Shown: piece by piece, positions 11,678-18,101 of the stretch
Layout of the letters: every line of letters starts with the position of its first letter
Position numbering within the stretch: the stretch's first letter is position 1
NCBI GenBank assembly: GCA_016217965.1
Contig: JACRFI010000016.1
Coordinates: 129,837 to 193,836, forward strand
Reading direction: 5' to 3'
Source: Candidatus Kaiserbacteria bacterium
GTDB taxonomy: Bacteria; Patescibacteriota; Minisyncoccia; Phycocordibacterales; UBA2100
DNA length: 64,000 bases
Made by a program: the position numbers and the translations under genes
The notes under the pieces: model-generated
Told to the model about the DNA's origin: nothing
What the model saw: the letters and a program-made list of their open reading frames with translations, nothing else
Database searches by the model: none

Positions 11678-12577
11678 ATGTCAAATTTGAACAACCCCTT
11701 ATCTGACAAGCAAAAAAAATGGTTGTCTGGCTCAATAGAGGAATATAGTAGCTCCGAGAAAATATCTAGTCCAAAACTGAAAAAGATGCTATCAAACATC
11801 GACTTGAACATCGTTACTCGTATTGCAAACCGTCACTTGGCAAAAGCTCAAGTAAAAAAAGAACAGTCCACGCACGCTTTTGATTTTAAGCAGATTTCTG
11901 TTGCAGATGACAACCTACAGCTTGTAAAAATGTCTCGAGAAATGGGTCCTGTGATGTTTGAAATGACAACGGGAAATATTTATTTCAACCCACGTCATTT
12001 TTTTAGATTGATGCATAAAATTATTAAGCACATTCCCGAAAAGGAAAAAGACACGATGCTACAAGCCCTAACAATCCTATCTCTATTTCACGAAGTCGTT
12101 CATAAAATGTCATTAAACTGGCATCCAGAGGGGGAAGATAAAATTCAGATGCATTCGGGCATGGAAAAAAGAACATTAACGCTTAACGAACACGGGCACG
12201 CTGTAGATCAAAAACATAATTTTCTGGAAATGCTTGATGAGGTGGTGGCTCGAAAGCTTGAATTAGATATGTCCTTAGAGTATCTACAAAATGCCAGCAT
12301 AGCGGGGGTGTCGGAGCAGTCACTACGCGATGCCCATCAAATTGTTTTAGACGCGGGAGGAAGAACTCAAGGGCAACGAACGTTAAATGATTTCGTGCGC
12401 AAGCTTGCCGAAAAAGCAGACCTCCCTGAAGATGTCGTGTGGGCTGGTTTCAAAGAGGCATTTTTCACAAATCGCGATATTGAGGGCATAAAAAAGGATA
12501 TGGAAAAGTTTACAGGGGTCGACATAGTAAGCGAGATGCAATTTCAAGACCTTATGAATTCACTCGGTTTTGAGTAA
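11678..12577 (+). CDS. Hypothetical protein with an HExxH motif (possible zinc-metallopeptidase-like), encoded in an AT-rich island
   Basis: 299 aa; LFHEVVHKM contains HEVVH. Base composition is markedly more AT-rich than the flanks. Confidence 0.4.
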   Translation: MSNLNNPLSDKQKKWLSGSIEEYSSSEKISSPKLKKMLSNIDLNIVTRIANRHLAKAQVKKEQSTHAFDFKQISVADDNLQLVKMSREMGPVMFEMTTGNIYFNPRHFFRLMHKIIKHIPEKEKDTMLQALTILSLFHEVVHKMSLNWHPEGEDKIQMHSGMEKRTLTLNEHGHAVDQKHNFLEMLDEVVARKLELDMSLEYLQNASIAGVSEQSLRDAHQIVLDAGGRTQGQRTLNDFVRKLAEKADLPEDVVWAGFKEAFFTNRDIEGIKKDMEKFTGVDIVSEMQFQDLMNSLGFE

Positions 12578-12856
12578 ATTTTCCAATTTCGTTGCAGATA
12601 GCCACGCTATAATCCCGTGCCAATCCCGTCCCACGAGTGCAACTCGTGAAGCAAAAACTCTTCCAATTCGGGAGAGTTTTTGCATATGAATGAACGAGTT
12701 GTCGGGGCGGGACTTGGAAAGGGGTCGGGAAAAGGAAGTTTCCCGTGGAGGAAGGCAGCGATCCGCCAGTCGGCGGGCAGCGCTGGGGAACCGTGGGTTT
12801 CCAGAGTGTCTAGCCTCCGCAACAAGTTTTGCGCACGTTAGTGCTATATTGGCTCA

Positions 12857-13389
12857 ATGGGTGAGGAGGACATTGAACCATTACGACCAACAATAGAGGT
12901 TTTGCAATTAAGCGCGAACGATTGGGAAAAACTACGCGACATTAAACTGCAAGCGCTTCGAGACGAACCTCTCGCATATGGCGATACGCATGAGAAAGCG
13001 TTGGCACGTTCTGAGCAAGAATGGCGCGGCGCGCTCGAAAAAGATCACTATCTATCTGCGATGCAGGGAAATTTGATCGTAGGAATAGCACGAGTAGATT
13101 TTGATGAGGGAGGGGGGAGAATGCCGCATATATACACGATGTCTATGTTGCGCCTGATGCGCGGCGCAGGGGTGCTGCTAAAAAATTAATGGAGCATATG
13201 GAGCGGGAAATATCCAAGAAAGCTGGTGTGGAGAAAATAAGATTGTGGGTCAATGTGACGCAAAAAGGAGCCATCGGCCTGTATAAAAGTCTTGGGTTCA
13301 AGAGCATTCGAACATATCCCGTGTATGCACGCATTTTTCCGGCAAAAAATGCGCAGTTTCAAATGGAAAAGATAATACGTGCAAAATAA
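12857..13389 (+). pseudogene. GNAT-family N-acetyltransferase interrupted by a frameshift at a G6 homopolymer
   Basis: ORF 12857-13189 (frame 2) carries the GNAT N-terminal half. ORF 13189-13389 plus the upstream frame-1 reading (YIHDVYVAPDARRRGAAKKLMEHME...) carries the GNAT acetyl-CoA-binding motif (VAPDARRRG). The frames switch near GAGGGAGGGGGGAGA at 13107-13120. Confidence 0.55.
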
Positions 13390-13446
13390 TGACAAAGTTC
13401 CGTAAATCATTGAAAGCAGGTGCAAGAAATGCTACTTTTCTATGAC

Positions 13447-13521
13447 GCCGGGGTAGCTCAGTCGGTTAGAGCGGTCGTTTCATAAGCGACAGGTTCGTGA
13501 GTTCGATTCTCACCCCCGGCA
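13447..13521 (+). tRNA. tRNA with anticodon CAT (elongator Met or Ile2/lysidine type)
   Basis: Acceptor GCCGGGG/CCCCGGC fully paired; D-arm GCTC-AGTCGGTTA-GAGC; anticodon stem GTCGT/GCGAC with loop TTCATAA; T-arm GTGAG-TTCGATT-CTCAC. Confidence 0.75.
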
Positions 13522-13604
13522 CAAATTTAAGTCTAGGCACAGAACCGCGAATTTATCCACAAGATGTGGTTAAACATATCTCCTGTCACGTGCTATTCTG
13601 ATGC

Positions 13605-14309
13605 ATGGCGCCGCTGTACAGAGAGCTCAACCACGACTTTTTTAAGAGTTGGTCCTCAGATATGGGCTACGTACTCGGGTACTTTGCAGCCGATGGGACG
13701 ATGATAAAAAGCCGCCGCGGCGGGCATTTTATAGAGTTCGATAGCATTGATAAAGTTCTAATTCAGCAGGTCCGTGCGGCCATGAAATCTTCTCATCACA
13801 TTGGTGTGAGAAGAAGGGATTTGAAAAATAAGAATTGGAAAACGGCGTATAGGTTGCAAGTGGGTAGTATAAAAATGTTCAACGATTTGCAGAAGCTGGG
13901 TTTTACTCAAAAAAAGTCACTGACTATTAAATTTCCGACCATTCCAGACAAGTATTTTTCAGATTTTGTTCGGGGTTATTTTGATGGCGATGGAAATGTG
14001 TATTTCAAGAAACATTATGCGAAAGATCGGAAGCAGAAAAGATGGGTATTCAGTTCTCGATTTACATCAGGTTGCAAGCAGTTTCTGATTGATCTTCACT
14101 CATCGTTGGGAAAGCATGGGATCAAGGGGGGATTCATACTTAGCAATAAGGAGCGGAGGGGTTTTAATCTCGTGATGAGCCATCTGGATAGTCTTGCACT
14201 TCACAAATTAATGTATAATACTGCCCCTGATACGAGTCTCTACCTGCCTCGAAAATACAAGTTATTTAGGAAGGCTTTGAAGACGATGTATCCAGAAATG
14301 CGGGCGTAG
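13605..14309 (+). CDS. LAGLIDADG homing endonuclease (double-motif, free-standing)
   Basis: 234 aa; two LAGLIDADG-type motifs, VLGYFAADGTM and VRGYFDGDGNV. The stop codon TAG at 14307-14309 lies inside the 5' end of tRNA-Asp. Confidence 0.7.
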   Translation: MAPLYRELNHDFFKSWSSDMGYVLGYFAADGTMIKSRRGGHFIEFDSIDKVLIQQVRAAMKSSHHIGVRRRDLKNKNWKTAYRLQVGSIKMFNDLQKLGFTQKKSLTIKFPTIPDKYFSDFVRGYFDGDGNVYFKKHYAKDRKQKRWVFSSRFTSGCKQFLIDLHSSLGKHGIKGGFILSNKERRGFNLVMSHLDSLALHKLMYNTAPDTSLYLPRKYKLFRKALKTMYPEMRA

Positions 14310-14374
14310 CTCAATTGGTTAGTAGCGCGTCCCTGTCACGGACGAGGTTGCGGGTTCGAGTCCCGTCGCTCGCG
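14300..14374 (+). tRNA. tRNA-Asp (anticodon GTC)
   Basis: Acceptor GCGGGCG/CGCTCGC (one G-U pair); anticodon stem CGTCC/GGACG with loop CTGTCAC; T-arm GCGGG-TTCGAGT-CCCGT. Confidence 0.75.
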
Positions 14375-15997
14375 CAAGTTGGGACGAAGGGTGGCGAGAG
14401 CCACCTTTTGTCGTTGTAATTGCTTACTTTCGGTACTCACTTTCGCCAGTTCAAACTCATTTATTCGAGATTCGATTGTAGCTTTTTGCTCGATAATCGG
14501 AATCAACCATTCTACGGGCTCAAATGTGAGCATGTGGTCTTTTAAGCGCCAGTTCAAACCCATTGCAGAAACGATGGCTCGCTTGGTCTCCGTATTGCCG
14601 GAGACAAATGCGCTCTTAGCGTGGCAGGCGAACTTGAACGCTCGTTTTGTAAGTTCGCGCCACGTCGCCGCCTTGTCTCCCGTCTCGCTCATTTTTGCCT
14701 TCGTCAGCGTAAGCTCGTTGCTGATCCTCTCTTTGTCGCGCAGGAACTCTTCATCGGTAATCATGTCTCGGGCGCGCATGTGTCGGATATTCTCAAATTG
14801 TTTCTCAAGATCGGCGACAGTCTTCTGCTGCATGGCGTAGATTTTTGCTTGCTCGTCGATCTCTTGATCAGACTGCTCCGCAAGAACAGTGAGCGCCCAG
14901 TCCTGAAATTCGGGAAGGATGCGGAACTTCTCGATTTCTTCCGCTATTTGCCCCTCAATCGTGTCGACATTGGTATAGAGACCTTGTGAGCATTCCTCAG
15001 GATGTTTGCGACCATGGGGGCAGTAGTAGAGCGAATAGGTGGCAACGCGCTTCGTGCTCTTCAATACCTTCTCTTTGAAAGTCGCGGAGATGCGTCGTTC
15101 ACAGTCACCACAATCAAAGAGACCAGTGAATGCATATTCATGGCGATTGGGACGGCGTTTGCCTTCGCGTCCCAGAATGATTTGTACCTGGTCGTATTCT
15201 TCGATTGTAACCATAGGCGTATGCTCACCCTTCTTCCAGTTTCCGTCTCTGCCGATGATAAGTCCTGCGAAGAAAAGGTCGGTGAATATGCGGTATATCG
15301 TGCTTCTGCTCATTGGGCGGTCACCACGTACCCTGGTCTTGCGACTACGGTAACCCCACTCGTTGTTGACCTTCCAAAGAATTTCGTCGGCAGTATAGTT
15401 GCCAGTAAGCATCAAGTCCCAAGCCTTGCGCACGATGGGGAAACGCTCTAAGTCTACTTCAATGTCATTCTCGCCACGGGGCTTGAACATGGAGTTCTTG
15501 TAACCTGGGGGCGCACTGCCGGGTCGCCACCCCATGTCTTTTTTGGTATTGAGGGCGCGTTTTACCGCAACACCACCGTCGTCCGAGGTTTTCTTTGCCA
15601 TACCAAACTCGAACTGCAGAAAAAATTTATCGTTCGGGTCATCATAATATTCTTTCGTGGGCGTCTTTACGACGGCGAGCTTCTTTTCGTCTATCAGGGT
15701 GATAAGTAAACCGCCATCAAAGGCATTGCGCGCGAGACGATTCGCGTGCCACACGGCGACGCCGTCTATTACCCCCGATTCGATGTCGTTCATCATCTCT
15801 CCATAGACAGGTCGTCCGCGTTTGTGGGCGGTGCGACTCTCACCTGGATACCATTTGACGATATTGATGCCACTCTTCACAACCATTTCTTGTATTTCCC
15901 TCCGCTGATCTTCGAGGGATAACACTTGGCGATCTGCGGCTTCCATGCTCTTTCGCATGTATGCTCCGAAACGGACTCGTTTGATATCGATGTTCAT
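14336..15997 (-). CDS. Large serine recombinase (resolvase-domain integrase)
   Basis: 553 aa. N-terminal resolvase catalytic domain (YMRKSMEAADRQ..SLEDQ, GVAVWHANRLARN), recombinase domain, and Cys zinc ribbon (CGDCERR...YYCPHGRKH). The C-terminal 13 codons overlap the tRNA-Asp 3' half. Confidence 0.85.
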   Translation of the reverse strand: MNIDIKRVRFGAYMRKSMEAADRQVLSLEDQRREIQEMVVKSGINIVKWYPGESRTAHKRGRPVYGEMMNDIESGVIDGVAVWHANRLARNAFDGGLLITLIDEKKLAVVKTPTKEYYDDPNDKFFLQFEFGMAKKTSDDGGVAVKRALNTKKDMGWRPGSAPPGYKNSMFKPRGENDIEVDLERFPIVRKAWDLMLTGNYTADEILWKVNNEWGYRSRKTRVRGDRPMSRSTIYRIFTDLFFAGLIIGRDGNWKKGEHTPMVTIEEYDQVQIILGREGKRRPNRHEYAFTGLFDCGDCERRISATFKEKVLKSTKRVATYSLYYCPHGRKHPEECSQGLYTNVDTIEGQIAEEIEKFRILPEFQDWALTVLAEQSDQEIDEQAKIYAMQQKTVADLEKQFENIRHMRARDMITDEEFLRDKERISNELTLTKAKMSETGDKAATWRELTKRAFKFACHAKSAFVSGNTETKRAIVSAMGLNWRLKDHMLTFEPVEWLIPIIEQKATIESRINEFELAKVSTESKQLQRQKVALATLRPNLRERRDSNPQPRP

Positions 15998-16021
15998 AGG
16001 ATGATTTCTTATCTACTAAAA

Positions 16022-16210
16022 TCACCCTTTTGCAGTCCTACTTGGGCGTGCGTTTCTCTTGGAGCGCTCGTTTTGGCGGACCACCGTTGCGAAGAAGTGC
16101 ACGAGCTGTGTGCCTTTCGCCAGTACTTCCTCTTTCGTAAGCGCAACACCAAAGCGCTTCAGGTAGAGCGCCTGGTACTGCGCGATGTGGCTGTCCGTGA
16201 GAGATGGCAT
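16022..16210 (-). CDS. Small basic protein upstream of the recombinase in the same orientation (possible regulatory/directionality factor)
   Basis: 62 aa ORF ending 25 nt before the recombinase start; no recognisable motif. Confidence 0.3.
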   Translation of the reverse strand: MPSLTDSHIAQYQALYLKRFGVALTKEEVLAKGTQLVHFFATVVRQNERSKRNARPSRTAKG

Positions 16211-16403
16211 GCAAATGCGGGTGTCGTAATTTCATATGCATTTTCATTTCATCTTCGTCCCTGCCGCGGACGCATAAATAAAGCCCAGAGAGGAAGAACG
16301 CTGTGACCTTCTTGTTGCGCAAAGGCGGCGTCCCTCCTCACTGGGCGTTATCACCCTTGCGCAACGTACACAGGAAGGATAGCTGAGTCCTGCAAGATTT
16401 TTT

Positions 16404-16543
16404 TGTGGATAACCACTCCCAACACTCTCACAATTAAATAGTCCTACGTAAGTATGATTTGCCCTTACAAATAAAAGAGATTTTTAATTCTGTTTTTAGC
16501 ACTTGCCACCAGCTCCGTGTCATTGTCTCGTTCGTTATCCACA
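16404..16543. promoter_or_regulatory. Two perfect DnaA-box 9-mers (TTATCCACA) in inverted orientation flanking a ~120 bp AT-rich spacer
   Basis: TGTGGATAA at 16404-16412 and TTATCCACA at 16535-16543; the spacer contains caattaaatag...aaataaaagagatttttaattctgttttt. Confidence 0.4.
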
Positions 16544-17078
16544 AAACCGATTTTAGGACTTAGATACAAACGGAACATACCTCTCGGCAAGAGGGGTGGA
16601 GCGACCGAAAGCTAATAACGCTTCGGCACGTTGTAGCGGGAAAGCCGCTGCGGAGATACTGGCAAGGTGTGGGGGCATGTACTCGTTAACCCGCTTGCCG
16701 GAAGCCATTAAACTAACGACTCCTCCTGATGCTCTCTAGACAGCAATCTAGAGCCTTACGCGGAGATGGTGCCTGAAGTCATTCGGGCACCGCCTCCGCT
16801 GAAGGTCGCTTCAGTGAAGAGATGCAAACGTGCACGTAGTCCAACTGGTGAGCGTGCATATGCATACCAAAACGGTACGGCAATGGAAAGTCAGCGGTGT
16901 TACAGATGTCCGCAGGCGAGTCGCCCGAAAATCCTGTGAGATTCAGGTACCGATAGTCAGCCAGACGTGTGTTCCGAGAGACAACGGACAAAAGCACACA
17001 GGATCAATGACGTTATTCACGACGGCATTCTCCCCCCTCTTGCCTTATCGGAGTCATGTGGGAGCACTCGGGCGATCA

Positions 17079-17603
17079 TTACATGCCACCACCGCCAGCA
17101 GAGCCCCAGCAATGGGTCGCGTCGCAATTTGGCGTGGAGTCAGTACCCACCTTTACCTGGTTTATGACCGATTGAATGTTGATAACGTCCTGTTGTGTGA
17201 ACGATGTCGGAGGAGGCGGCGTTTGCGTGACGACGGGGGCGGCAACTTGCGACGGGACTACGATGTAGGTCGGGGCTGGTTGCGGCTGTCGTATCTGTAC
17301 TGTCGGTTTGGCGATGGTCGCGTTGAGGCGATCCCACGCCGCTTGGGTTTCCATCTGTGTTTTCGCCTGCTGCGCCATTAAGTATGCACCGTTCTGTTGC
17401 GAGACCTGGGGGCGCCATGACTGGAATACGTTGTAGAGCGAGAGAGGCGCAGAGCGCATCAGGTCAAGATACGAGGGGACGATTTCGAAATACCAAGGTC
17501 GCGCGGGGGAGGTACCACGTCCGAATATGTCGTACGCCAGCGCCGTGTTAATGGGGGCGACGAGGAGAAGCGAAAGAGCGAGGAATAGGACTGATTTTTT
17601 CAT
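17079..17603 (-). CDS. Secreted hypothetical protein (signal peptide)
   Basis: Internal start gives MKKSVLFLALSLLLVAPINTALA...; the Pro/Gln-rich middle and Cys-containing C-terminus are uncharacterised. Confidence 0.5.
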   Translation of the reverse strand: MKKSVLFLALSLLLVAPINTALAYDIFGRGTSPARPWYFEIVPSYLDLMRSAPLSLYNVFQSWRPQVSQQNGAYLMAQQAKTQMETQAAWDRLNATIAKPTVQIRQPQPAPTYIVVPSQVAAPVVTQTPPPPTSFTQQDVINIQSVINQVKVGTDSTPNCDATHCWGSAGGGGM

Positions 17604-17703
17604 ATTAAGTCTGCTATTTGATAATCGGTTCCCAAGCCGTGCTTCGAGCATAGCAAATAATTCCACTTTGGAATATCCCACTATGGAATAGAGCATTGAT
17701 GGC

Positions 17704-17925
17704 ATGAGGAAGTCCATCCATAGCAAGGAACACGCGGTTTTTATCGAGCGGCTCAGGCAGGCTCGTTTGGACGCGGATCTGACACAAGCAGAGGCTGCCA
17801 AAAAGCTTGGTTGCACCCAGAGCTACATCTCGAAGATCGAGTCCGGAGAGCTACGGGTGGACGCTGTGGCGCTCCGACGCTTCGCCAAGGTCTACCGTAA
17901 AGACATCGCCTACTTCATCAAGTAG
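17704..17925 (+). CDS. XRE-family helix-turn-helix transcriptional regulator (possible RM controller)
   Basis: 73 aa; LTQAEAAKKLGCTQSYISKIESGE is a Cro/C1-type HTH. It lies immediately upstream of the RM gene. Confidence 0.75.
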   Translation: MRKSIHSKEHAVFIERLRQARLDADLTQAEAAKKLGCTQSYISKIESGELRVDAVALRRFAKVYRKDIAYFIK

Positions 17926-18101
17926 GACGTCCTATCCAGTCCTACGAGACGAGGGGGTGGTTGTTTCGTAATGATTCCCGTCCTATGCATGGTGCCATCC
18001 GGAATCGGGTCGGCTCGCATTTTTGGAATCGGGTAGCATCCCCAGTTGACCACAATCCCTCGCGGGTGTTTTTTATCCTTTTGTCCTATAATTATAGGTA
18101 C

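Larger units (their letters stand above)
11528..16210. mobile_element. Putative integrated element / genomic island: tRNAs, AT-rich cargo, LAGLIDADG endonuclease, large serine recombinase
   Basis: Three tRNAs within 3 kb; AT-rich foreign-looking ORFs; the recombinase 3' end overlaps tRNA-Asp. Boundaries are not determined. Confidence 0.4.

Noticed and set aside
13447-14374. Possibility that the LAGLIDADG gene is encoded in a tRNA intron (split tRNA)
   Set aside because: Both flanking tRNAs fold as complete cloverleafs without interruption; the endonuclease ORF is intergenic, only its stop codon overlapping the first bases of tRNA-Asp.
16211-17078. Possible RNase P RNA or tmRNA in the ORF-free region
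   Set aside because: GGAAAGTC occurs once, but the partner P4 strand (ACAGAA..CGGCUUA) and the CR-II/III elements are absent. No tRNA-like 5'/3' termini or tag reading frame were found for tmRNA. This is left as unassigned structured DNA/RNA.
16830-17381. 183-aa plus-strand ORF in the structured non-coding region
   Set aside because: The translation is Arg-rich and low-complexity. It overlaps the far more convincing minus-strand secreted-protein gene (signal peptide) and uses no plausible RBS.
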